Below are positions 25,001-38,000 of a DNA stretch of 64,000 nucleotides, one piece after another (position 1 is the stretch's first letter; each line of letters starts with the position of its first letter). A program made the position numbers and the translations under genes. The DNA comes from Phoronis australis (Eukaryota > Animalia > Phoronida), in assembly GCA_002633005.1 (NCBI GenBank), contig NMRA01000008.1, positions 1,995,456 to 2,059,455 on the forward strand, given 5' to 3'. Below the pieces are notes generated by a model. It made no database searches. It saw nothing but the letters and a program-made list of their open reading frames with translations, and was not told where the DNA came from.

Positions 25001-27251
25001 ACAGTCTCTACGACAGTGTAAAATCCAATTTGATACTTGGTAAAAAGGATATCAACTGAGGAGACTGAGCTGAGCATGAGTACACCCATACTACACCAAA
25101 TTGCAATACCATATTACAGTGGACAGCATCACAATCATTTCGTGGAAATCATCACTTACAAGGGTCCTGGATTTTGAGAACAATTTTGATGCCTATTAGT
25201 CAGTGGACAAAACTGGTTCTCAAACTGCAGGAACCCTGTGACTATGACCCATTTGCTCACCGAAGGAGTGGTGACACAAGAGTTGTTTGAACAAAACTGG
25301 TGTCATAAAGCTTGTTCCATTCATCCTTCATCCAAGTCCGTAAGTTCCTCTCATCCAAGAAGAAACTGAAAAACTGGAGAGCAAACATGTTCAATAGGCA
25401 ACACTCTAGTCTGTTTACATCTCATGATAGAACACAAAGACATTTTAACTTGACTATCCTTGACGACGTAATAAAGAAACACTTTAGTCTATGTATACCT
25501 TATTATATAGCACAGGGATATTTTAACATGACTGCCCCAAGATGCTATACAAGAACACTATGGTTATGTATATCTTATGGTATAATGCTAGGACATTTTA
25601 GCTTGACTATACTTGATGATGTAATACAGATACACACTTACTAGTCTGTGTATACTTTATTATAGCACAGGGATAACTTATCATGACTGTCTAATGATGC
25701 TATACAGGAACACCCTAGTCATGTATATCTTATGATATAATGCGAGGACATTTTAACATGACTATGCCAAAAATTGTAATACAGAAAACTCTAGTCAGTG
25801 TAAATCTCATGATGAAACACAGGGACATATTAACTTGAAAATCCTTGAAGATGTAGCGCAAAAACATCCACTCTGTGTATACCTTATACATCTTGTTTGT
25901 ATCTTGTGTGGTGATGAACTTTCTGTAGTGAGCTACACCCAATTCATCGAGTCGAAACAGCGCCAGGTAGCACAATACTGGGAAAGGAAATGTTGAGTTA
26001 GTGACAGGATATAGTCAACACACAGGCCTCCCTCACTCAAATAGACGTAATTTGTCACAGCATTTAAAATAACATATTTTTTGTCAAGCATGTTTCAGGT
26101 TCTGCCTGAGGTGATAAAGCTGCTATAATTCCAACTTGTCATCAAAAATTGAACTTTGATTTAGACCACTAGCAGAACTGCAAAAACTTAATATATCAAA
26201 TTGTTCTCAACTTAACACAGACTTCCTTAAATAAGACACAATTTCAGGACCTGGAAAAACTGGTAGTTCATTGTTGCTTTAAACCAAAATCAACAGACAG
26301 GTCTGTAATGGCGTGTCATTTTATACACCGTGCACGGTCTCAAGCAATCACGAACTATCAGATCTTTCAAAGTCCAGAAATCACTTCCCATCTGAGTACA
26401 ACCAATTCAGAAGCAGTCTTATAAGTTCAAGTGCTCTAAATCAAGTCTTTTTTCTATGACAGAACGTGGGGTTCTACCAGTTTTACATCACCCATTACAG
26501 TTCAATAAACTAACATCAACCCTGACTCCAAACCATATTGTATTCGCATTCTCGTTTGAGTACCTGAATGCTTACCAGTATAAGTGCTCGTCTGTGAACG
26601 TAAGCTTTTCTTTCCATCTCTGACAAAGAAACCATCAGTTACAACCTTCATGACAGCTGAGTAGCGCACACAGCCAGAAAAGACCTCTACGACAAACGTA
26701 ATATCATCTTCTTCTAAACCCTAACAACAGAATGAAAATTTTCTTACATTTTATTCTTGTTACAAACATCATGAAAGAAATCAAATAATGCACAGCAAGC
26801 CGGTAAAAAACTGTTTTACATGCCAAACTTTAACAATGCCAGCTGTATTCAATTTACTTATAATTTACAAAAATTAATACATTTTTATGTATCATACTAA
26901 CGTTCACGTAGTAGTTCAGAAATTCTCCGACAGCAATTATAATCATTTTCATAAATGCAATAATTAAAAATTCGAAATTGATGTAGGCGTATAATTATGA
27001 AACAATTATAAAATTATTTTGCTGCTGGTCTCTTTCCAGGAAATGAGGAAATGAGGAAATGCATTTTGTTTTCAAAATTAACAAATTAAAAATAAGAAAT
27101 TGCAGTTTCCTAAGTGCATGTTTAGGCCAGTAATGCTCACTTTACATGTCTTTTTATACAGGTCCAGGTGGTCTTCTATTGACACGTTCACATGGTCATA
27201 TGTGTCCAGCATGTCAGCACATATGTGCACCAGCTTCTTGTAATTCGTCAT
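16094..27251 (-). CDS. CFAP99: Cilia- and flagella-associated protein 99-like (long coiled-coil), 15 coding exons
   Basis: Minus-strand exons 27251-27141, 26720-26576, 25977-25883, 25373-25261, 24610-24519, 24201-24143, 23366-23259, 22644-22492, 20951-20863, 20594-20331, 19741-19659, 18841-18648, 17537-17374, 16657-16471, 16246-16094 (TAG). All GT-AG with phases joining into one ORF. Motifs YLALFRLDELG, WMKDEW, PFNITQPRPR, PIKLNTAAILRE and EMSIAELRERL resemble CFAP99. Probable non-coding first exon ends at a donor near 28762. Confidence 0.88.
18940..19016. repeat. Palindromic mini-element of about 75 bp; other copies at 25161-25237 and about 49691-49748
   Basis: Arms gagaaccagttt...aaactggttctc around a conserved spacer (gtcca-tgaataa-gg-catc); copies occur in both orientations. 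Confidence 0.75.
23683..23776. repeat. 20-bp minisatellite cccccacaatcatgaacagt, about 4.5 copies
   Basis: Directly visible tandem copies. Confidence 0.92.
25400..25890. repeat. Diverged tandem repeat of about 77 bp, about 6 copies, filling CFAP99 intron 3
   Basis: Recurring acact-tagtc-tgtata-cttat...ggacattttaac-tgact; the last partial unit coincides with the real donor at 25882. Confidence 0.8.
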
Positions 27252-28759
27252 AATTACTGGAAAAGCAATAGTCACAGCACTCTAACATGTCACTGCAGAA
27301 TTATGGTGAAATCTTACAAAATTTGGACAAAGCCAATTGTCAAAAGTGTACTTTTTTCACTTTTTAAAATCTTTTAACGTTGCTGTGAACACTCATAATT
27401 TCTCAAAATATTATTTCATGATAATTATGTATCCTTCAAGAAAAGGTTTAAAAAATTACATTTCACTTGTAATCAGTGTTACTTTAGAATTTGATTCACA
27501 ATTTTGCCCACATGGCTCCAAAGATATACATTTGCATTCATACAACTTTGTATCAAGTAAACCGTACCACAGGGAATTTCCGATACATTATTAAGCCTCA
27601 GGGCGTATATTCGGAAATAGGATATTTTTTCTTTCCGATACCTCAAATAATGGTCCAAGCATAACTTCAGAAACAGGGTGCCAATGAACAGAAAAAGTTC
27701 AAAAGAGACAACCACATGGAAAGTGGACCAATATTAAGGGGAATGCTCACCAATATGGAAGACAGATGAAATTTTATTTTTTTATTTGATATTATATTTG
27801 TATTATGTTTTTTACATTGTACCAAAAATGCTGGGTCATAGTTATGTTCTGTACCATATTTGTCAACAAACAATATTTTGAAAAATTGCAATTTTGGTAA
27901 TAATTTTTGTCCGAAACTTAAAAAAGAGATTACCATTAACTATGTTTATTTGTTAGATAAGCCAAAAATGAACTTTGTAATGTTTTTCACAAAGCCTTGC
28001 TTTTGTTTGTCACTCGCTGACAGTGACACTGGTTATTTTGGGAAACTCTGCATAGGCCTTCCATACGCCGGAGGCTTTTCGGCGTATTCATGCTCGAAGT
28101 ATTTTTTGATCAGTCCTTTGTTCAGTTGCCCAAATCGGCAACTGGCCATTTCTACACTGTTCGCACCAGGGGATGGCCAGTTGGACAACTTAACAAAGAC
28201 AAAGATTGAATACGGGGGTATTTCTTTGAGCAGGAAGGAGTGAAAGACATCAACGGCTTCCTTATAAGGTGTCCCTCCATGTGCAAAATGTACTTTGACT
28301 TTGATGGCTTAATCAGCGAGAAGCATAATTCACCAAAAAACTTATGGCACATGAAGGGCCTATTGGATGGCCACCGTCCCTACTGAGCCCAGGGCAGTTG
28401 GGACTGTGGTACTTCATAAGATTTTGCACATAGCTTGTTATACTCTGCTTGAGTTTCATGGCAAGGTGACGAGCAGACAGTGTGAAATTTCGAGGTCTAT
28501 GTAAGGCTAACACACCGTGGTACCAGCTGTACTTTGTACACCTGGCTGACTGGCTAGTTAAGAGTCAAACTATGACTGCCAATGTCAATGTGCCCTGATT
28601 CTGATTGTGAAGTCGAGACCACAACGCCGAAATCCCCGTTTACCATATTAGGATAAATTATCAAATGCTGGAATCTTATCTAATCCAAGCTGATGTTATA
28701 AGGAAGACTATTAATAAGTAGCAGTAAATATAAGTCCAAATATTCATTCCGAAATGTCT

Positions 28760-29023
28760 TACCAAGTACACAAAATAATGAAGCAATAAGTTTCCAATCT
28801 TCCACTTGTTTGTTGACAACCGATCAATGCGCATGCGTTATTCATTTTTCCGGTTTTAATCTCGCCTAAAGGTGGCACTTCGGATGCCGGTGATAACCGA
28901 AAAGTTACGAACCCGTTATTTATGCACGAAGAGTAAGTGCGTCTGCCTTAGCTGCGTTGTGCAACTGTGCAAATTCCTAAATAACTCGTATTTATCCTTT
29001 CGTTGTCAAACGTTTGCCTCAGA
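28760..29023. promoter_or_regulatory. Bidirectional promoter between CFAP99-like and NDRG-like genes
   Basis: NRF1-like TGCGCATGCG at about 28828, palindromic RFX-like GTTGACAAC at about 28812, minus-strand donor (G|GTAAGA) near 28762 and plus-strand ATG at 29024. Confidence 0.55.
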
Positions 29024-32000
29024 ATGAGTGGCAACATTGAGGAAGAGGTGAGTTTTTCTTAAATCCATTGCAATGTTTTGTTGACTTTTTGCAAATAGTG
29101 AATAACAAGAGGGTCACAATAGACTGAACGATGGAAGTGGAACACTGACTGGGAGAAACGCCGTTCATTTAGCTGTTGAGTGACATAGCCATAGGCCTAA
29201 ATAAATAAATAAATAAAGGAGCAAGAACTCTGTTATTCACCTGTTCACGGCACCAGTATATGGGGTCTGGGTTTTCAAACAGTTGAAAACAGAGTGCGTC
29301 ATGTATTCCCTGGGTGGGGAATTCCAGTTTTTGAACTTATCTTATCACCCTAGGTGGTCTACAGCTACAGTGAGAAAAGCTTACACTGACATGAGTTGGC
29401 TGATTTAATTGGGCTTTTTGAATTTTGGCTAATATAGTTTACATGTCACTTACGGGCCACTAATCAAACCTGTAGTGCTAGTGAGCGACTTCTAAATTCT
29501 GACGAAATTCAAAGTCATTAGATAATTTGGCGTAGAATTTTAATGAGAAGTTGTACATAGGCCTACCACTCTTGAATTACGCATCAAATATTAACCTGCA
29601 TGCACACGTTGGAATTAGGATCGCGTCAACACATTTATCTGCATAAATTATTCAACGAATATTACTGCATGGATATGGGGCCCTTCGAAAGAGCCATTTT
29701 CATTTTTATGCGCCACATATTTATATGTGGACGCATTATGCCGTCATCTCCGTCCGTCCGTCCGTCCGGCGTCTGGCGCCCGGCGTCCGCTGCTCTATCT
29801 CCAAAACCCTTTGACATACGTTCATGAAATTTGGCACATATGTTTCATTCATGAATGTGACGGCATGTGCGAACTTTCGGACGGATCCGACTACCGGTGT
29901 GCCCCCTAGTGGCAATTTTTTTACGCTTACCTTTGTATTTTCACAAGTCCTTATTGGATTTTCATGAAATTTGGTATGTAGGCACCTATTAGTGAGATGA
30001 CGCTATCCTCCCGTTTTCAGATGGATTCGACATAGTTTGCGCCACCTAGTGGCCATTTTTAGTGTTTTCGAGTCTGTTTTTGTGCGTCCACCCCTCTATC
30101 AACCAAACCGCTCAAAGGATGATTGTGAAAATTGGCATGTATATGCTTACTATGTAGAGGATGGTTGACGATGATTTTCCGACGATTTCGACTACTGTGG
30201 CGCCTCCTAGTGGCAGTTTTGTTTTTTTGCGCCTATGGCTGTATCTCCTAAACCGTTCGCAGGATCTTTACAAATTGTGTAAGTATATTTATATGATGTT
30301 AACAACGGAAGATGACGACTTTTGGTCGGATCCGACTACCGGTGTGCCCCCTAGTGGCAATTTTAGTTTTTTACGCTTACCTTTGTATCTTCAAAAGTAT
30401 TGAACGGATTTTCATGAAATTTGGTATGTAGGCACCTATTAGTGAGATGACGCTATCCTACTGTTTTCAGATGGATTCGACGTAGTTTGCGCCACCTAGT
30501 GGCCATTTTTACTGTTTTCGAGTCTGTATTTTTGCGTCCACCCCTCTATCAACCAAACCGCTCAAAGGATGATTGTGAAAATTGGCGTGTATGTGCTTAC
30601 TATAAGGAAGACAGCTGACAATGATTTTCAGACGATTTGGACTACTGTGGCGCCTCCTAGTGGCAGTTTTGTTTTTTTGCGCCCATGGCTGTATCTCCCA
30701 AACCGTTTGCAGGATCTTTACTAAATTTAGCAAGTGTATTTATGTGATGTTGACAACGGACGATGACGACTTTAGGATGATTCTGACTACCGGTATGCCT
30801 CTAGTGGCAATTTTAGTATTTGCCTCTAGTGGCAATTTTAGTATTTTACATTGACCTCTGTATTTTCATAGGTCTTCAGGTGTATACTTTGTGTTACTTC
30901 GTGACTATGAAGGAAAAGTTCCAAGTAGAAATTTGTTTCTGGCATTCTAATGCTGTGCTAATCTCGTATGTTGGTAAATTTGTTTTTAATTCTATGTTTC
31001 TGTGGTGCTTTAAGCAACTGGTGTATAGGATGTGCTTGTATTATGAAGATTACTCACATTTTGCCCCTAGCCTATTGAGGAGACAATGACCATGCCTTTC
31101 CATTTTGCAAAGTACAACATACTACATATATGCCCTCTACTGGCCACTCTATGGTACCAATAAACAACCCTAAAAGGATACTGTATGCGGTGCAATTGTG
31201 GGTGCATTTCAACGCTCTGCGTTGCTCTTGTTTGCCTAGTAGTTAACTCGTCAACTAAAGCGTTCACTTGGCTGATTGGCTGGCATTAGGGTCACTACAT
31301 GATGTCATTAGGTTAAAAACTGAGATTACTAGATGGCACATGTTGATTTTTCGTTGTTAGAGAAAGATAAACAAAGGGGAGCTGGTAAGACCGCCGACAG
31401 TGTAAGTTCCGTATTTATGTCAAGGGAATTCAGTTTGGTTAGTAAATTGGCGCACTCAATAGTATTTTTCTCTCATTCTTTTGAATCACGTACATATCAC
31501 AGATTTGTGAAAAATGCTCCGATCAGGCAGTGACCCATGCCGATAACTCTGATGTCATCGAAGTTAAGTGTGCCCATAGTAGTGGAAGCGTCGACGCTTC
31601 GATGTTAAATACACCTCTTTACTTCGGTGTTAACTTGAGCTGTTAACTTCGATTCAAGACCTAAGATAGGTGTTCCCATTCATTGAAGCTTCAGCAACAC
31701 GGAAACTTCGGAAAGGTCTTTTGAATACCCAAGCCTGGAACGAATGGACAGTTGTTATACGTTCTACCTAGGGCTGACAGAAAATCAGTGGGCCTCTCAG
31801 CTAGACCGTGCAGTGATTAGAGCAGAAAAATGAAAGATTTCAAATTACTTAGATGGATTGACATTTGTGGAATTATTACCTGCACTGCATTACTCTTCCT
31901 GTTCTTGTTTAAAATTACTAATTTCATAGAAATTTACCAAACAAGGCTCAAAATATCTTTTACAATTAAGTTGGTGATAAATGACAAGTGTAGTGTTCCC

Positions 32001-35000
32001 TTGAACTCGATTCTGTGCTTTGGGAACATGAAACATCCAATTAGTAACAGCGACTCACTGATATTAAAAAATGTAGCAATGGGTAATATGCTCAGAAAGA
32101 TGTTATTGTCATGTACACTTGACGAAATTGGCTGCATCTTAAAATTAATAAAGCTGACGTGTGTTATTATATTTGTAACTTTGCCCTTAAGCTACACTTC
32201 AGATAAATCATCTTTCAATTTACCAACAACATTGTAATAGGCAACAGAAAAGGTCACGGCATTAAAATTGTAGGGAGTGAGGGGCAGAGTTGGACTAAAT
32301 ATGTTTAATTTAAATTGTTGTTTTTGTATGGCAGGTCTCTGCCTTTTGAACTGACTTGTACAACAAGAATTTTTAGTGGAGGAATCCCCATATATCTCTG
32401 ATCTCTTATCTCTTGGTAACATGACTGTGAATTGGCAGAGTTTGCTGTGTACTTCCTTGCTTAGCCTAGTGAAACAATTAACCTTGGAGCTGGAGTGAAG
32501 CCATTGGCAGATGTCCACTAATAGTTCATAGCATGCAATCTTCAGTGTTGGCTCAACATCTGTTGAGTGTGAACACAATGACCACCACAATGGATCTGTA
32601 TATAGGTATGTAGGTCAGTCTCAGGGGGGATACTCAACTACATTTTGATGGGGGTACAGCTAGAATATAAAGCTTCTACAAGAAAGTCACCCCTTTGTAG
32701 AGATTTGTTCCAGGAAAAACCTTACTTTTGTGCGGGTTAATTCCACATTGAAACCTATTATTTTCGTAAAGAGTCTTGGATAGATGAATTTTGAAGCCTG
32801 AAGCAATCAAAAATGAACACAACTTTCTGAGTGACATGTTCCATTTATAATTCTTCTATAGGAGTGACCCACTGGTGCAGTCAACCACAGCCCTGACTGG
32901 TTCTGGTTCATGAGTTTCCCAGTTATGTAACTGCACCATTACCATTTAAAATGTGCATGATAAAGCAATTTGTGATGACTATTAGTATTGCACAAGCATT
33001 TCTCAGCTAAAACGCCTGTGGACAATTTGAGGCACAGCAGTACTTTTTTATTATGAACCATGACAAAGCTTCAGCATTCCTTTAGATGTTGAAGTGGCTG
33101 ATGTTGTTGCTTATAAAATTGTAAATTTTACTCAAGTTTGAGCTCCATATTTTGATGCAAGCAGCTGCAATGTTAGAATGTATATAGAATGGGCGAGGAA
33201 CTAGGAGGAACTCCCATCATAGCAGAAAGATATACTAGACATGGTACTACTAGTTTCCGTACAAAAGTGTACCTTTTTTGAAAAAATACATAGGAAAGTT
33301 GCCTTTGATTCCCTAAAAAGGGTTCACTTGCAAGTTCACAGTGTACTGCAAAGATTCCTTTTTCTTACTTCAACAGTGTAGAGAAGGATTTTTATCTGAT
33401 CAATGTTTTAAAATGTGTTACACAAAAAATTCTCATTTTTGACAATATGTCAGAAAGACAATAGAACATGGACCGCCAACTCTGTATTCTTGATGCACAA
33501 AATCTCTGATAGCTTTGCACCATGACCAAAACTATTGGCTGCGACATCACGATTCACTAGTGGCGTCTGGTTAAGTTAGGATCACTTTTCTCTTGAAGAA
33601 ATACGATACAAATTAGCAAAAATGATTGCATTTGGTATTTTTATCGCGACCGAAGGTTCACCTTAATATATTCCTCATTCCGCTACCCCGCTACTATCGA
33701 AGTAGTCAGTTCTCCCCCTGAGTATGGAATTTGCTAGTAGACTGACATCATTTATCTTCAGCCAACTCTGTATTGTAAGGACAGTGCATTTTCACATTTT
33801 CGATTTTGTTCGCGAAGACCAATTGTTGTTTCTACCTAAAGCTAAATGTACAGTATGCTTTTCCGATAATTCAGTTGAGAAAACACAATCCATAGAAAGA
33901 GAATCCTCTGGAGGTTCATTCAGAAACAAAGAAACAATGTAGATTTTATGTCGGTATTACCTTATTCTCCTGACACAAAATTAAACATTGATTGTATTTC
34001 TTGTGTATGTACCGGTACATCATATATATATGTACACATACCCCATTCACAGATGGTATGCAGCAGTTAAATAGAATTTCTCAAGAACATGAAATAATTG
34101 AAATACAGGGTCCTAATAGTGAGGTGACCTCAGTTTGCCTAATGTGACTTTAGAGTGACTAATTTCTGCACTTAACTTGCCAACCACAATTCCAAGAATG
34201 AGAATATACGCAAGTTTGTGATCTCTGCAATTTGCCAAAAATCATGACTGCCTGCCACCATGATGGTTAGCTATTTGTTAATTTTTTCTTGAAATTTTAA
34301 TTTTATTTGGATTAGCTGCAAGAACATATTTTTTCTAAGAAAAAGTGCAGCTGGCCGAATGGTAAAATTGGGCCCTAAATTGCCAGTTGAAAGTCGCATA
34401 AAACTTAAGGTTGGTGACAAGGCTTGCCAACTGAGGGTGTTCTGTTTGCCTTGGATGCTTAGGAATAAATTAGCAATATTCAGAGTGTCATGTTTAGGTC
34501 TTGAAGCTCAACTGAATGTCATATTTTGAGGTTTGTTTTTAAATTTGTAAAATTTTAGCATTCCAGTTAATGTTTGTAGTGTTTTTTCAAAAACATTGTT
34601 TCTTCTCATGAAAGGACTTTAAAAATTATCGTCTCCTGAATTAAGTTTTGGAGTTAATGTTCACCAAAAGTTTTCTGTAACGCATCAAGAACAATATGTT
34701 AGCACATGGTACATATACAGGCTGTACTGATAGCATCCACATGCAGGGAATGTGCAAGAATCACAATCGATATATTTAAGTATAAACAGCAATAAATATG
34801 TATCTTATCTGGAGTATTCTGCCCAGCAATTTGAACTGAAACTATGGCAACAGTTTGGATACAGTCTCTGAAATTTGGGACTTTAAAATTCAAGTCGAAA
34901 TTGAATTTTCATGATTCTGAAGATTGATTGCACGGGTGAATTTGGCGTTTATATCTCTCTAATACTTGACACTGTGCTTTGGGAAATAGTCACAGGAGTT

Positions 35001-38000
35001 CCGCATTTTGAGCACCGGCATTCACCCCTAAAAGTGACTAACTATTATTGCCTACAGGTTCTGAAAACGACTGCATAAAACCATTGGAAGTATGATTTAT
35101 CGCTCTCACACGTCCCCATAGTTAGGTGAACTATTGTTTGTCGTTGATCATAACTCTTGAATTTGGGATGGCTAATGTTGCCTATTTCTCAAGTTTGGTG
35201 TAAGGTGCGACCTTGTGTGAAATGTTTAATAATTTTGCAATGTCCCAAACAGGAGACTTTTTACCTCAACGTTTTTGTGTCATCAAATCCAGTCATTATA
35301 CCGGTATTTTACGCCAGAGCGTCGTTCTTTTGAAACTGTATTAGAGTCTGATTTGCATTTTTATTAACCCGCATACATAAGATAGCAAAATGAACCCACA
35401 TTCACATGTGGATGCATTTTGCTATCATTATAGTCTGGCGACTGTCCATGATCGTTCGCGTGCTATATCTCCAAATCCCTTGATGGATGTCCCTTAAGTT
35501 TTGCAGGCAATTGTTCCTATTGTCGGCCAGCACGGACTAATTTTCAGATGGATCTGACTACAGTTGTGCTTCGTGTGGCAATTTTATTACGTAGATGGAT
35601 TCATTAAGAAGATGGTGCCACTTCCTTGTTTTCAAATGGATTCAATGTGTTCTGCATCACCTTGTCGTCGTTTTTAGTGTTTTTTAGTGTTTTGTGGTGT
35701 CTGCCTCCATTTCTGTTAAACCTCTCTAAGAATTATTATGAAAATGGCATATGTGTTTCTACTGTTGCACCTCCTAGTGGCAGTTTTTGTACGTCTGGGA
35801 CTTCCTGCAGGATCTTTGTTAAATTTGTCTGGTATATTTTTAAGAAGGTGCCAAGGGTTGATGGTGACTTTTGGACGGTTGGGCCCCCTAGTGACTATGT
35901 TAGTTTTTTACATTTTCTTCCGTATCTTTGGAGCTCCTTGATGGATTGTCATGAAACGTTTCTCAAAGGTTTCTAATAAAGAGACGATTCAACATACTGT
36001 ATGCCACTTGGTGTTAAGAGTCTGATTTTTTGGCGTCTGGCTCTCTATCAGGAAAACCACTGGGAATCATTATGAAATTTAGCATACATGTTACTATTGG
36101 CTCGGGAAGTGCATGACTGACAATCATGAACGGGTCTGACTACTGTGGCATCCTCTTGTATCAATTTTTTGCCCATGGCTCGATTCAAAACCATTGATGG
36201 ATCTTTTCATGAAATTTGGCACGTGTTTGTATTGAAGAGAGTCGTCTTGTGGCAATTTTGTTTTTATTTGTATTTGTCTTGATATCTGGCAATTAAGTTC
36301 CTTAATGGAACTTGTGAAATTTTACAAATAAGTTATCATCACGTACGTGACGTCACCTAGCTGGTTTGTTTCAAATGGATTTGACCTGTGGTGCGCTTCC
36401 TAGTGGGCTTTCTGTTGTTTTTGTGTCCTTCATTCCCCGCCTTCCATATGTTCCAAGCTGCGTGAAGAATACCGATGAATGGTCAGATGTGCTCCTTCCT
36501 ATTGAGGAGACCATTTCTAACATGCTATGCACCCTCTAGAGACTATCTCAGTTATTAGTTCACTAACGTTGCTCCATTTAGTGAGAATGATCATCTCTTG
36601 TATTTGCGTTGTATATGATGTACGCCCACTCGCCCACTCGGTAGGTGCATACTCAGACAGTTGTTTTATATATCTGAGGTGCATATCAACTCACTAGACA
36701 ACATGCACTCACAGTGCTTTATTCTCTATTAGTCTAAAGAAAGTCACAGTGTTTATGTTCATCTGGGTTAATTAGACGAACCTTCAATGACATTCCTTAT
36801 TGCTAGAACTAAACTCCAGTCAGGCAAGATGAATGCTATTCTGGGCTGTGCACTCAAAATGCTTATTGCTCAATAGTATGGAGTCTATACTTGTACAACT
36901 TTTAATTAGCTATCCTGCAGTATGTCTGACTGACTTTGCCCATGTTGTAGGGGTCATTTGCTCTGCTAGGTCACTGACACTGTGTACACATATTATCAGT
37001 TGACTGTGCAAATTAGATCAAATATAACTAGATATGTGTATAAGGTACTGTGACTGGTGTGTGTTGATAAGACTATAAATTGTGTTTGATTAAATAAATG
37101 GTTCACGATTTCTTTACTTTGGATTTAATATCTCTGAGAATCCATTGAGATTATTAACCCATTTGACCCGCAGAAGTTTCAAACTCGCACCCCTGCCCTG
37201 ATGTGGGATGTCCCTGGAAAATTTCACTCTGTCAGAGAATTTTGTGTGAAAATGGTACTTCTCTGTACCGTAGTCTTCTTGTGTACCTTGCATTTAAGGG
37301 TTTCCATCAAAAAGGTGCTATGACTCATCTAGGATTTGAAAAATGTAATTCCAAATTCATGAGATTGGCACTCGCCATGGGGATTCCATATGAGGTCACC
37401 CCGATCTCATAGGACAGAGACCAGGTATTCCCCCCCAAAAAACATGTCTGTCAGCATTTGCCAATCGACTGTGTGACATCTGCGGTAAAAATTGACAGTA
37501 AGTCTGTGATGGTAATTTATGTCTGAATATTTATTGACCTAAAACAACAAGGAATTGTACATTTCAATGAAATTTATTTATCATCACTTTCTTTGGTTGT
37601 CATTTTTGGCCAGGTTGTCTAGAATCTGGCCTTCTTTTGTCTCTCTTACCCGTGCCACCCAATCCGTCACTTTTTCAAACTGGCTATCCTTATCCCAGTG
37701 ACGGCCATGGTGAGTGCCTGCTACTTCAGTACAATGTCACCAATTAGGGACAAAAATAACTGCCGAAATTGATCATTTTTCAAAAAATTCATGGTTGTGA
37801 ATACATGCCATTACTCAAAATTTTGTCTGATCATGTTCATGGTATTGAACTTAAAAATGGTTTTAATAGCATATATCTGATGGTATCTTTGTGATGAAAT
37901 GGAAGAACTTTTCACTTGTCCGCGATATTGTGTCCTAAATCGGTGAGATTTTGCAGTGTACCGTGGCATGCCTCTGTTTACAGTCTGAATGGAAGCAAAC

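Noticed and set aside
31830-32590. Longest intronic ORFs (135 and 132 aa) and similar ORF-track entries
   Set aside because: No recognisable domain or splice support; composition typical of random AT-rich intron or antisense to real exons.
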